Positions 1-12,625 of a DNA stretch of 64,000 nt are shown here, in pieces. Numbering within the stretch: position 1 is the first letter of the stretch; every line of letters begins with the position of its first letter. Source of the stretch: Octopus bimaculoides. Taxonomy: Eukaryota. A program made the position numbers and the translations under genes. The notes under the pieces were generated by a model, which searched no databases, was not told the DNA's origin, and saw nothing but the letters and a program-made list of their open reading frames with translations. Where the stretch lies: assembly GCF_001194135.2 (NCBI RefSeq), contig NC_068991.1, positions 75,439,445 to 75,503,444 of the forward strand, in the 5' to 3' direction.

Positions 1-376
1 ATTTTATTTTTATATCTTTGTAGATATTGGAGTTTACAACAAAACTGATAATGCTATAATTTAATTAGACACTTCTTTTTCCTCCATAACTTTTTGTCGT
101 ATCTATTATTTTTTTTTATCTAAAGATCTATATAATTCATAACAATTTTTCTGTAATAGTGAATATAATGCTACAAGCAATGGCTCATAATTCAAGTATG
201 TTTACTGAAAAATTCCTTACTCTAAAAAATATTATTTCGTCGCTGACATAACAGCTCAAGATCAAATTCCTAAATGTTCAGGTTTTACTTTTTAAACCCT
301 CTTCCTTTTAGAAATCCATTTTCTTTATAACGCTTCTATTTCTTAACATATAAAACTACCATCTCTTATTCTTTCC

Positions 377-510
377 TCGTCGAAGAACCAATGATAGGCG
401 AAACTTTGAAGTAACAGTCAGTCAATGCTCGAAACGTAAAACTACCTTTCTTTCCTTCCTTGAGCGTCTGCTAATACTTTGCATGTACCTCGGCCTCACG
501 TTATTGTTTT
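377..510 (+). mobile_element. Penelope-like terminal fragment with two degenerate minimal hammerhead-like motifs
   Basis: TCGAAGA..CGAAAC (380-404) and GCTCGAAACGTAAAAC (428-443), followed by ttccttgagcgtc..taata..cctc..ttattgttt. The same downstream block follows the motifs at 11377-11404 (-) and 35427-35451 (+). Confidence 0.4.
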
Positions 511-1615
511 TTATTATTGTGTTTGTTTGTTTTTATTTACTATATATATATAAATAGAGATTTTGTGGTGTTAATGTGTGAAGTCTCAAGCTGAATTCTG
601 CGTGTACTGCATTTGACAAAGACAAAACAAAAAAGCATGAGACTTAATGTGAACAAATAGAAATCTATAGTGAATTTTTAAGTAATAAACTGTCACAGAT
701 TAAGTATTAAGACCATTTATAACTAACTGCATCTATTAGATCTGGTGGCTTTATTTTGTCACAGATTTACGATGCCAACAAAACTGGCTTGTTCTTCCGA
801 ACTGTTCCGTAAAATGCACTCTTCTACAATCATGAGAATAACACTCTTGGTCGCAAATTAAATTTGAAGCATTTACTGATGGATAAAAATCGCACAAGCA
901 ACACGAATACATTATAAGACAAAACGGAGAAAAACAAGTGATACATGGAGTCAGACGTTTGAATATATATGACTGAAAAGGCGTAGAAATATAAAGAGGA
1001 AAAGTGAACAGTCAAAGAAGTGTACAATGATGCTAACTATTCCAGAGAAAACAGCAGAAATGAATATCGTTTCGAGTGATAACCTTTACCGAAAAGAAGG
1101 AAAAGGATTAAGAGAAGTGGAAGGAAAAGAAACATATACGGCACCGAATTTAAGGTGCCTTTGTACATAGTGAGTCAAAGGTAAAATGGTAATGGATGGC
1201 TTGCATCGTATGAAGCCAAATATTGAACGGAAATAAAAAAATGCCCACAAACATTAAATGTTATGAATCAGGGATCCGTCATATACAAAAGTTTAAAAAC
1301 CCGTGGTTTACCTCAGATATTTTTCTATTTCTTAAAACATTTATTCTTTGATGTGAATGACTTCCAAACAGACGTTGCGAAGATTTCTAATAACGTAAAA
1401 ACACTTTTACTTTTTGATAATACTATTTAATCATCCAAGCGTTGGGAACTTAGTAGAAATGGCAGAATTAAATCTCTCTTTTCCTTTTCTCATTAAAAAG
1501 TCATAAAAAAAAAAAAGGTTTCCCTGCGTGACCTTCGGTTTAATGGACTTTCGTCATCAGCTGAAACACTGTATTTGGCAGCTAACTGCATTCCGAAATG
1601 TAACATTATACTCAC

Positions 1616-1745
1616 TGCAGCAGATCGCGCACCAGCAATAACGGTACGACGCAAGTGAGAACTGGAACTTCTGAAAGACGATACTCCTGATAAAATCACC
1701 GCTCACAGTATTACATTCAACCGCATACGCGCGCTCATACGCACA

Positions 1746-1786
<41 letters not shown>

Positions 1787-1790
1787 TGGC
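1616..1790 (-). promoter_or_regulatory. Possible CpG-rich first or short exon of a minus-strand transcript next to a (GA/TC)n tract
   Basis: Minus-strand donor-like GCA|GTGAGT (intron would start at 1615), possible acceptor TTTTATCAG|G at 1686, local CpG enrichment, and (AG)n at 1749-1784. The peptide is not recognisable. Confidence 0.25.
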
Positions 1791-1849
1791 AGTTACTAGC
1801 GTAAGTTCTAGGTTAGAGAAATTGATGAAAAAGGTAATAAAAATGATAA

Positions 1850-2700
1850 ATCTGATAAAAACCTATCCGTACGCAGTAACGTCTTACGAATAGTTCTGTA
1901 AGAATATGAATGAATAACGTGAGATTGTTTCTCCGTATCATTGTATGATGGCTATCGAAAGGAAACTGTTTGAAAGGTTTATTGCTCAATGTGATGTTCT
2001 AGTGTTCTTTGGTAAAGATCAATGAGATCTCAGTTCACATGATTCAACGACAGGACTTTGACTTCATATCTCGCTGAAGATTTTCATAAATAAATGCATT
2101 AAATAACTTCAAGTCGACCAGAAAAAGTTTGGCGTCTGCAAAACTAAAATGGTTGCATTCAAAGCAGACTGGTTATTTAGAAAGTTCATGTTTTCAGAAA
2201 CAACCTCTCTTTTGTTTCACACATTTTAGTAAATATGATGATACAAATTATATCAGAACATTTCTCTAATATTCATGATGACATGAGCGACAAATTCATG
2301 GACCTTTAACAGATAAATTGCCTTTCTTCAATTGTTCAGCCATTTCTGTTTAACTGCAAAAATATTAGCTGTCTGGTTAAAATGGAAGCTGGTCAAATTA
2401 ACGATCAAACAAAATAAGGCAAAATAAAGACAGTCATGATAGCACGAAACCGTTCGAGACTTCAAAAGATTTCATATGTGGGTGGATCCCAAACACGTTG
2501 TCAAATATAACGAAATTATTGCACATGTCATTCAGTAAGTGATTTTGGCTCCCTTCAACAACATATTTTGATGAATGTGTCTTCCGCCATAAAATCAAGG
2601 GCGTCTCGACATTTGCGGGGGTCGTGACCTTCGAGCATGAATAAGTTCGATGTTGTCATTCGGTTTTGTAGTTTAGTATCTCTGCTTGTAGTCTCAAGTG
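1850..2700 (+). pseudogene. hAT (Buster/ZBED-like) transposase C-terminal remnant
   Basis: V*WLSKGNCLK at 1943-1975 (VRWLSKGNCL motif with CGA>TGA) and later QGRLDICGGRDLRA*IS, matching the RLDI..GDLR end motif. Many stops and frameshifts. Confidence 0.7.
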
Positions 2701-3002
2701 GGTATTAAATCAGATGGAAGTTTCGCGTTATGAGGATTTCATTATTGCTGTCTGTTGCTTTTGATGATATTCAATAAAGCGCTTTTGGCTTTCATAACAA
2801 CATATTTGAACATTAAATCATATGGAAATTTTACGATCAATTGAAATAAGGACTTCTTTTTTTCATTTGATTGCAATTAATATGAAAAAATCAATTTCAT
2901 AAATTGTTTCAATAATTACCACTGTGAAAGAATAATTATGAAAAAATTATTGGATCGCAATTCAATATGGCGGGGGAGAAGGGAGGAAACACGAAGTAGT
3001 AA

Positions 3003-3062
<60 letters not shown>

Positions 3063-3289
3063 TGATATGGGACTGAGAAATTCTGTTTTCAACGGAGCTC
3101 TGTAAATGCGTGTGTCAACAGTAAACAGCAGAAACAAAAACAGCCACAAAGCTCATCATCATCATCATCATCATCGTCACTACCACTACCCTCCTGCGGC
3201 TCCTCCGCCTCCTCTTCCTCGTCCTGCTCCTCCACAACCTTCTCCTCCTCCTCTTTATTATTATCGCCATCTGAACAGTTCCCAAGGCT

Positions 3290-3640
3290 ATATGATGGCG
3301 GCATACAATGCTCTAGTAATCAGACCAGAATCAACATCTGATTGGCTGCCACAGGGGAAAAACAATATTAATTTACTCAAACAAAGATGGGCAACATTAA
3401 CTCCTTAAAACAAAAATACCAGGGAACCCTAAAACTATAGTGCTATAACTTGATTGCTAACAATATATAAAACGCTTTCAGCTTTAGAGACCAATGGTAT
3501 ATTACTGGAAGAGAAAGAGGCCTACATGAAACGGATTTACGGCTGTAATGAGTAGCTAGTGGTTGTCGGAGTTATAGTAGGAAACAGCAAAATGAAAGGA
3601 CCTAAAGAATGATGAATGTAAAATATTTTATAATAGTCCA
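3290..3640 (+). mobile_element. R4/Dong-like (RLE-type) LINE reverse transcriptase remnant, N-terminal part
   Basis: PESTSDWLPQGK..EP*NYSAIT*LLTIYKTLS..LETNGILLEE..YGCNE*L resembles PDWL.QG..PKNYRPITCLPT.YK.LT..EQKG..YGCKDQL. Confidence 0.65.
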
Positions 3641-3744
3641 TACGTATGTATTCCGGAGACACACAACATAAATAAAGCAGCCTTAATGTTAACAGAATAC
3701 ATAAAGCAGAGTATGTCAAAGTGTAAAACAGCAATACCGCTATA

Positions 3745-4250
3745 AGGTCATCATCAATCGTCAGCCAGGTCCAAATCTCTCTGGCCAAGAATCTCCCTTT
3801 GTCCAGGTCTCTCTTGTCAAGATTCTCCAGTTACCTCTGTGTTGTGCTGCATGCATGCAATCGTCCAAACATTTGTTTCCCATCCATTCTTTGATGTCGT
3901 CACTCCACAGACGTCTTTGATGACCCATGGCTCTCTTCCCTTCGACACTTCCTATCAGTATGGTCTCGGGTAGTGACATGTGCATTGCAGGTCCAAAATA
4001 GGAAAGCTTTGTGGATTTGACTCTCGAAAATAGGCGACATTTGACTTTCAGATTTTCTTGAACTGCATCATTTATTACCCTGTGTTTCCAGCTTATCCTG
4101 CCAAATCTGCAAAAGATCTACATTCCTAAGGCTTCTATCTTTTTCAACATAGCTGTGTGCATTGTTAAAGATTCTGCTCCATAGAGAACAATTGACATAA
4201 TGTACTGGTCTGCTAGCCTCAATTTAAGATACCATGCCTTTGAGGCTTAG
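3745..4250 (-). mobile_element. RTE-clade LINE 3' end (decayed)
   Basis: SIVLYGAESLT..KIEALGM..RISW..KLSYFG..ETILIGSVEGKRAMGHQRRLWSDDIKEWMG..WR, ending in an ACGATTGATGATGA-type tail. Confidence 0.8.
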
Positions 4251-4269
4251 ATTTTATTAGAGAAAGAAA

Positions 4270-4570
4270 AGGTAATCAAAATCAGCCCTTTTCCTATAAG
4301 AAGCAGCATCTTCCAGCGAAACACAGAACTTTCGTATTCTTTTGCTTAGTTCTGACTACATTAAAAATATTTTGAACGAAACCACCAAAGGTTATAGATG
4401 TTACAGACAAACTATTAACCATCGAGATGGAGGACTAGGCATAATATACAACGGGAAATAAAATAGTTCATAATCTCAGTCAAGATAAGAATGATTGAAA
4501 GAGTAGATAAGTGTACCAAAATTGCTATAAGAATATTCAAATTAACTAAAACCGAGCATATTAAATTAGA
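4270..4570 (+). mobile_element. R4/Dong-like LINE RT remnant, continuation after the RTE insertion
   Basis: PIRSSIFQ..FCLVL..ILNETTKGY..INH..VDKC resembles IRRGIFQGDSLSP..FCL..LLN..GY..INHLLYMDD..DKC. Confidence 0.5.
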
Positions 4571-5161
4571 GAAACGTAAAAACTAGAGAATTAATCTAGA
4601 GTTACTGAAACATTTTCTGCATTGGCCAATTCGGTTGACTGAGCTGTTGGAACATTAACCGGCGGGACCGCTTTTGCTGTTTATATCTCTGCTACTGCGA
4701 CTGCCTGTTCTTCTCTAGTTCTTGAGGAAAGAAAGATATTAAGTGACCCCAATTTATGAGTGTAACAGCTGAGGTTTCTGTCCTGAACCTCACTGTGATC
4801 TCATTGCTTTTGGGTTTGCACCAACGAAGGGGCACAACTTCAGAATGACCTTGTGATTCGGAGGAGAATTAAGATTTTCAAGTTTATACGAAACTCTTTC
4901 GACCACATATACTTTTTTAATGCCGTCTGCTCTTACAATCTGTTCACACTGTGCTAAAAAGGTCCAGCGGGTAATGCTACTACCATTGTACTGAATATGG
5001 TCCTTCAGTTGCCTTGTATAGTAATATGCGTCTCTGAGCTGGTATCTTTCGCATCAGTGTTGCCTGTCACTTTGTCTAGTTTCGTTTCTTGTTTGAAGAA
5101 CAGGCAGGAACCCCGTAAATTAAGCTCCCTCTCTCTCTCTCACACACACACACATATACAC

Positions 5162-5217
<56 letters not shown>

Positions 5218-5346
5218 CGTGTATAAGGGATGACCACTAGGTGGACATCCAATATGCTAGAAAGAGGTCATCAACGACCCAACCAAAGAAAAATAATGTT
5301 CTCCAGAAAAACTTCGCAATTTATCACCCTATCTATATAAATAATT

Positions 5347-5385
<39 letters not shown>

Positions 5386-7083
5386 ATATATATATATATG
5401 TATATGTGTGTGTATATATATATATACATATATATATTGCATTTATAACACACATACACACATACGTATGCACGCATACGTATGTGTGCTAACTGTGTGG
5501 GCACAGTGCATAATTTGTAAGCTATGAACTATAGATTAAATACAGAAGAAGAGGCAGCGTTCAAATTACGTCATCAGGGTATTGATGAAACGTGATATAT
5601 ACAAGAAAAATACAGAAAGCGGTTGTCAAAACATGTTAGAAGCAATTAGTTAATAGACAGATTTTATCAAAATGGAACAGAAGTTCTATGAAGCATGATT
5701 ATATAAATCAGAGTGAAAACTATTTTAGTCAGATTAACAGTTATACATTTTAACTGAACGAGACGATGCCGAGTTGACCAAAATAGAATTGATAATATAT
5801 TAGTGTATGGTTGTATTTATATATGTCTCGAGAAAGTGGTATACTGAAGAAAATATGAGGAACATCACGTTTGACAGATGACAATTATAGCTTCATAGCA
5901 AATGTGTGTCTAACGGTGAAGTATTATTTGTTGCTCAAAGTCCGTATACGTTTGACGGTTTAATCACTTTCTTTTACTTTGATTTTTAATCTTTTAGCCA
6001 GGAAGGAAGGCGGTGTCTATAACAAAACCTCGGAGATTGGTGGGGGAAAAACGAGGAAGGTTTTCTAAAACTGGAAGCCTGTCCTGAATGCTTGCAATAG
6101 AATGGACTTCATTCAATGCTTTTAGTGCAGTTCAGTGTGCTATTATTAAATTGGAAACGATTGAATCTATCTCTGAAGCAGGCCACTGCAGGATTTGAAC
6201 TTGGAACGCAAAGTTGGAACAAATATTGCAATGTATTCTGCATTTTTGCCAATCCACCACCCAAGATTGGTGCTTTGCTTATCGATTTCTAACGAATGAA
6301 CAGCTAAGTTTATCTCGGAATAATTTGAGTGCAGACCGCAGAGTAGGAAGAAATATAGAAATATAGTCTTCTATCAGAAAATTCGATCTTGGTTCAGTAA
6401 AATCACCAAACTATATTCCTGTTGCAAATTTTACCGTAATTCATAATTCTATTCCTCCCCTCTAGTTGTTGCTGTTGTGGTGGTTACATAGCTCTTGGTA
6501 ATTATTGATCCAATAGCCCTGTGCTCCATATCATTGCAGATACATCTAGCACTACATCATCTCATGTGTCCTTCTCTGTCATTTGAAATGAGGTGATGAC
6601 TGTTGTAAGATTTGAATGAAATTTGAATGAGATTTGACTGTTATTTCTAGCAAAAATCAAGAGAGCGCCTAATGATTCCGCCTTTCTAGTTGTTGCTTTC
6701 GTTATGGATTTTGAATTTAGGTAAAACGAAATGTGCTTATCCTACGCTTCATTGACCTACAGAATACAATTAATAATGAGTTTATCAAGTCATGCTGAGT
6801 TTCAAAATATGAAACAGAGAATGGATGTGATAAACTTCTCTATTATATTTATTAATAATCTAAATGTATATGGGGATGAGAAAAAAGAAAGAGAAAGAGA
6901 GGGAAAGAGAGAGACAGAAAACAGAGAGAGAGAAATATTTGTTTATATGCGACAAATAGAATCTCATAATTTATCAGAATTTTATTGCTAATTTCCTAAT
7001 GATTGCTTAGCCGCCGGTCAAAGGTATTTCAGCCACGACTATCCCATTCTTTTTCAAATATACTGTACCTAAATCTACATTGT

Positions 7084-7404
7084 GGAGGCACAATGACCCA
7101 GTGGTTAGGGCAGCGGAATCGTGGTCGGAGGATCGCGGTTTCGATTCCCAGGCCGGGCGTTGTGTGTGTTTATTGAGCGAAAACACCTAAAAGCTCTACG
7201 TGGCTCCGGCAGGAGGTGGTGGTGACCCCTGTTGTACTCTTTTGCTCCAACATTCTCTCACTCTTTCTTCCTGTTTCTTGAGTAACGCTGCGATAGACTG
7301 GCGTCCCGTCCAGCTGGGGGGAACGCGTACGCCATAGAAACCGGAAAACTGGGCCCATGAGCCTGGATAGGCTTTAAAAGGGCGCATAATAAATAATAAT
7401 AAAT
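7084..7404 (+). mobile_element. tRNA-derived SINE, family C, tail type 1
   Basis: A box (TGACCCAGTGGTTAGG), B box (GTTTCGATTCC), a body shared with the 37681 and 44698 copies, then a GACTGGCGTCCCGTCCAG tail and (AAT)n. Confidence 0.85.
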
Positions 7405-8538
7405 ACGTATACACTATTCAATGGTTCATTTCCTTTTTAACCTTATAACGTTTAAAGGATGAATATGAAGAAAGTTTTTTATTTATTTATTAGCCCATTT
7501 CAGTATCTGACGTAACAAAAGCTAACACACGAGCACGCGCATACATACGTACATATTTTCGGGCGATTACGGTCCCTGTCATATGTATACAATAATGTGC
7601 TTTGCTAGAAATAAGAGCTGAAAAGCTCTAATGCTGTAGTCAATATCGGTTTTCTAACAACCTAGTTTTATTCAGTGACAGTTATAATTTTCCTTTTTAG
7701 TAAAACATTGCACACAGCTGTCTATATCAATATATATACAATGCGTTATAAAATGCTAAATTGTGGTAAAGATAGTGACCTGGTAGTATTAAGAGAAATC
7801 CAAAGACTAAATTCCAAATTCTTCATCAGAGCTAGGTAGTATGGATGTAGAAAGCCTTTTGTCGAGCGGGCATGGAAGCTGGAAAGACAGACAAGAAATT
7901 GCAACGTAAGAAATGTATTTAAAGTTGTGTGCACAATTACATCATGTAATCAAGTCATATTTATACCCGTTTCGGATAATTGGTGATGTGTGCTATAGCC
8001 ATTCATATTACGTTATGAAGTCCAGCAATATTGTAGGAGCATAAACACTCATAGAATTTGAACTTCATTGGATAATATGCATGTTTGTAGCATTAGTCAT
8101 CATTTATCTGAAACAGCAGTAAAGATAAGATTTGATTATACCATGTAACTGTATACGCAACTTTCCATAAAAATGCATACATTCTTTGCGCTGTTGTCGG
8201 TCTGTCTTTTCTTACACACCCACAAACACACATACACACACGCATATATATATATATATATATACTGGGGTATGCAAGTGAAACTACTTTAAATTAATAA
8301 AAGCATATTTCAACAGAAATATGATAATTAGATCGCTACAGATAATTAGTTTGCTACAGACAAGAATTGAGCTAGGAACAGTTCACAAACGAACGCATTC
8401 TGCATAAAGACGCTTATTGCATAGGGTTAGTAAAACTAATAAAGATCGCTTGATTAGCCAGAACTGGCAGCTAAGTATCCTGAATTCATATTGCCTCTTA
8501 AAACAGAGAATATTGGATATTAGAATCACTCATAAATA

Positions 8539-8839
8539 CGAGGGAGTGCTGAGAACTTCCTGGCTTCGGCTAAAACAAAATACAGGAATATCAGTCAATT
8601 ATGATTTTATTCAACATATTCGCTTCTCAGATTTTCTCTTTTACTTGTTTCAATCATTTGACTGTGGCCATGCTGGAGCACCGCCTTTAGTCGAGCAAAT
8701 TGACCCCACGACTTATTCTTTGTAAGCCGAATACTTATTCTATCGGCCTCTTTTTGCCGAACCGCTAAGTTACGGGGACGTAAACACACGAGCATCGGTT
8801 CTCAAGCGATGGTGGGAGGACAAACACACATACATACAT

Positions 8840-8879
<40 letters not shown>

Positions 8880-9140
8880 GACGGGCTTCTTTCAGTTTCC
8901 GTCTAACAAATTCACACACAAGGCTTTGGTCGGTCTGAGGCTATAGCAGAAGACACTTGCTCAAGGTGCCACGCAGTGGGACTGAACCCGGAACCATGTA
9001 GTTGGTAGGCAAGCTACTTACCACACAGCCACTCCGACTTACCACACAGCCATACACTTATTGCAGCGGTCCTTCAGTTTTTCTAAGCCCACTGAAAGAA
9101 ATCGGAAAGGTGAAGCCAGGAAATTTTCAGCACCTACTCG
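8539..9140. mobile_element. Mariner-type MITE (about 185 bp when empty) with TA target duplication, interrupted by a SINE
   Basis: TA|CGAGGGAGTGCTGAGAA left end and TTTTCAGCACCTACTCG|TA right end. An uninterrupted left part is at 36364-36510. Confidence 0.8.
8633..9035 (-). mobile_element. Full-length tRNA-derived CORE-like SINE, family A
   Basis: Head GGAGTGGCTGTGTGGTAAG..GTTCCGGGTTCAGTCCC, CORE-like CCTTGAGCAAGTGTCTTC, central (TA)n, tail CAGCATGGCCACAGTCAAATGATTGAAACAAGTAAAAGA. Many partial copies in the window. Confidence 0.9.
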
Positions 9141-10844
9141 TAAAAATATGAGACAATCATAGCTGGAACGCCTTTCGCAGTAGAACACTCGTCGAAGCTG
9201 ATATTGGGTCAAACAGTAAGAACAAGACCCACAATATTAAGCGTATGACAGGAGAATTCTATACTTAGGTGTCGGAAAACTTCAGCAGGAATCTATTGAA
9301 TATTACAATGAAACAGTAGAATCTGAGAAAAACGTTGAGAATTTACAAATCGTAGATTACAAAGTAGAATAAATACTTTCGTGCAAAGAGGCACAGTGCC
9401 TTCTCGACTCCATCAGGGGCTGATAGTTCAACGATTAGTGACATTACTGAATGGACAAAAAGCAGCAATCCGTTGAAAGCTGCCCGCAGTCGAAGACTCA
9501 GCAATTCTTTCTTTTTTTTTTTGTGCTTCAATTTCAGACGAAGGCCCTAAGCGTTTGATTATTCAAACCACGCTGTTATTGAACTCAAATGAATTCTTCT
9601 GAAGACGGAGACAGTTTTCAGATTTCGAATTCTATTGTCTCACAAGTCATAAGTCCCTTCTTTCGCTTGCTATGTCCAAACACACACAAATACACCCACC
9701 CACACACACACAAACACACGCATACACATATGAACATATGCATGTGTGTGTGGTGTGTGTTTGGTGGAACGGGCAGTTGTATATACACACATACTTTCAT
9801 GCATATATATATATGCGTAAATGTCGAAATACGTAAATGTCGAAAGCATTGGTGAATAGAACACCGCATCGGTGAATAGAATTTATATATATTTATATTA
9901 TGCATATATCTATATACGTGTATATATATATATATAGTATATATAATATATATATTTATACACATCCACTTTAGTACACTTATGTCTACATGTGATCAGT
10001 TACATGACATGCACACTCCATTTAGTCACACATTCACGCAAACATACACGTGTGTGTGTGTGTATGTGTGCGTGCGCTGTTTGCTTCTGTGTGCGTGTGT
10101 ATTGTTTGTTTTTGCGTGCGTGTGTGCATTTACCTGTACATACAAATGTTCTGTTTATCAGCTATTACGATAGAACAACCTTCAACATGTCACAGACCAG
10201 ATATAGTTATAATTTAAGCAGAAGGTGATTCATTGCGAAATAAATTCAAGGCTATTATCTCGTTACGAGGCAGCTTGAGTGGAGATTTTCTCAGCGTAAC
10301 GAAAATACGAAGAGCTTTCTGATAAAGCCACGTTGATATATACACACGCACACACACATTATATATATATACATATGTATGTATTACGTGTACATGATTG
10401 GCTACGGTTTATCATCTTGTAGTTGTCGTTATCAGATACCTCCTGCCAAGTCTAAGCTAAGCCTAATACCAAAATTTTCTTTATCTTAACGAGAGTAGAG
10501 TTGGTGAAGAACTTTGAAGAAAGTATAAAATAAAGATTGATAATATTATTACGTGTGGTGTGACATGTAATATGAAGGGGAAAAAAGTGTTCGAATCATG
10601 GGCAAAATATTCCACGTACACAAACACTGAGCTGAGCACTCTTGTTTTGGTCATTCAAATGTGAACGAAACATAGGAGTAGCAGTGAGATATACGGCGTA
10701 TTTCGGGCATTTTGAGATCTGGCGGAATCTATCACTCACCAAGCTCTAAGTCTAACTACAGCAAATTTTGTTACTGAAAAAGAAATACAGGCAGAAAGAG
10801 AGGAAAGAAGAACTATTCTCACTAAAGGACTGGTAATTTGTTCA

Positions 10845-10950
10845 TTGCCTCCAAAAGGATGAATGGCAAAATTTACCTCGGCGATGTTTGAACTCGGAAG
10901 GCGAAGAGCCAAAACGATTACCGCAAGGCATTCTAACCGGCGTCTTATCG
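10845..10950 (-). mobile_element. Degenerate SINE family B fragment
   Basis: AAAGGATGAATGGCAAAATTTACCTCGGCGATGTTTGAACTC matches the family B core. Confidence 0.6.
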
Positions 10951-11289
10951 CTAACCTGGTTCATTGACCTGGCATAGAAATCCATGGTATCTATATTTAG
11001 GTGAACAAACCTTCTTTGAAACATATACTGAAACATAACTGTTTTGGTTTCACATTTTATTCTGGGTATTTCATTTCATATTTTTGAATGAATTTCTTAC
11101 AGATTGTTTGAACTATGACCTTCATAAATCCATCTTCTTTGTTTTTAGACTGTGTCGGCCTCATTTTCTGATCCTGGTTGTTACTGCTGCTTTGTCGGTT
11201 GATAACATCGATGTTGCTGGTGTTGATGTTATAACCACATATTGATATTGCATTCGTTGGAATTATTTATATATAAGTTCAAAAAAAGA

Positions 11290-11415
11290 CAAAAAACAAT
11301 AACAAAAAACAACAACGTGAGGACGTGATACGGATAGTGTTATTAGACGCTCGGGAAAGGAAAGAGAGAGAGAGTATGACGTTTCGGGCGGAGCCCTTCG
11401 TCGGAAACAAGGAAG
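11290..11415 (-). mobile_element. Penelope-like terminus with a minimal hammerhead-like motif
   Basis: Minus strand CCGACGA A GGGC TCC GCCC GAAAC GTCA (11404-11377), with a 4-bp stem II. Confidence 0.55.
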
Positions 11416-11811
11416 GTTCAAAGAATGGAAAAACGGAGGAAGAAAAAAAAAATCGGCACCGATGCCCACGAGGTTACATTGTATATATATATATATATAT
11501 ATCGGTATTCAGGGGGGAGTGTTTTTAGTTTAGATTGTGTACAGTTAAAAATCGAATGTTACAAGAAACATATTCTACATGTATAGATATTGAAAATATC
11601 ATATATATATACATACATTCATGTATGCATACATACATGCATGCAAGCACACATAGGCACATACATACATAAACACACACATACATACATGCATGCATGC
11701 ATACATACATACATACACACTCACACAGGTGCGCGCTCATCCACACACAAACAAATTTTAACAGGGAAAGTTGACAGTGACTTCGAAGTTTCAAGTTGCT
11801 CGCCTTCGTGT

Positions 11812-12065
11812 TTCGATTGCGGCCATGCTGGGGCATCGCCTTGAAGTATTTTTAGTCGAAAGAATCGACCGCGCTACTTATTTAGTAAAGCCCGGTATTT
11901 ATTCTATCCGGCATTTTGCCGGATCGGTAAGTTACGGTGACATAAACACACCGACACCGGTCGTCAAGTGTTGATGGGAGACAATCACAAGCACAAACAC
12001 ATACACACACACACACACACATACGACGGGATTCTCTCAGTTATCTTCTACCAAATCCACTCTTA
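11812..12065 (-). mobile_element. SINE family A, 3' portion
   Basis: GCGGCCATGCTGG..AAGTTACGG..ACGACGGG..AAATCCACTC blocks as in the 8633 copy. Confidence 0.75.
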
Positions 12066-12440
12066 CCATACATCCACATCTGCTCCTATATATGTGCGTG
12101 TATGCATGCGATAATGGTTTGTAAGCAGTGTCTTTCAATGTCAAATTGTAGCTCGGAGTAACACTGGAAAAATTTTCCAGGTTTGTCTTCTGAGTAAAGG
12201 ACACATAGCCAAATGCAATCTACTATAATTGAGTTTGTAGGCAGAAAATAATTCTTAAGCATTTGAAATTTTCATTCTAAAACTAGCTTTTACATAACAA
12301 AACCAATGTAGCATTTACACACACGCAAACAGGCACACACTCGCACACACACACTCGCACACATACACACACACATATATACAGAATTCGATCAGTGTGA
12401 TCTGAAAGGGGTCTAACAACGAGACCTAAATTCGCTGCTT

Positions 12441-12625
12441 TATTCTTTTCTACTCTTGGCACAAGGCCTGAAACTTTTGGGGCGTGGCGGGGGAAGGGGC
12501 AGTCGATTAGATCGAAACCAGTATACAACTGGTACTTAATCTATCGACCCCGAAATGATGAACGTAAAGAAAGACCTCTAAGCATTTCACCCGACGAGAA
12601 AACGGTTCTGCCAGCTCGCCGCCTT
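12441..12625 (-). mobile_element. tRNA-derived SINE family B, tail B1
   Basis: Head AAGGCGGCGAGCTGGCAGAA, core TTCGGGGTCGAT..AAGTACCAG, tail GGCCTTGTGCCAAGAGTAGAAAAGAAT. Confidence 0.85.

Noticed and set aside
1540-1570. CTGATGACGAAA on the minus strand as a hammerhead
   Set aside because: Only one base lies between the two core halves, so stem II cannot form.
7084-7160. tRNA gene calls for SINE heads (also families A, B, E)
   Set aside because: A and B boxes are present but there is no complete cloverleaf, and each continues into a multi-copy SINE body.
9343-9531. 62-aa ORF with ordinary amino-acid composition (similar cases at 58074-58337 and 53314-53517)
   Set aside because: No recognisable domain or splice support, and the lengths are within chance expectation.
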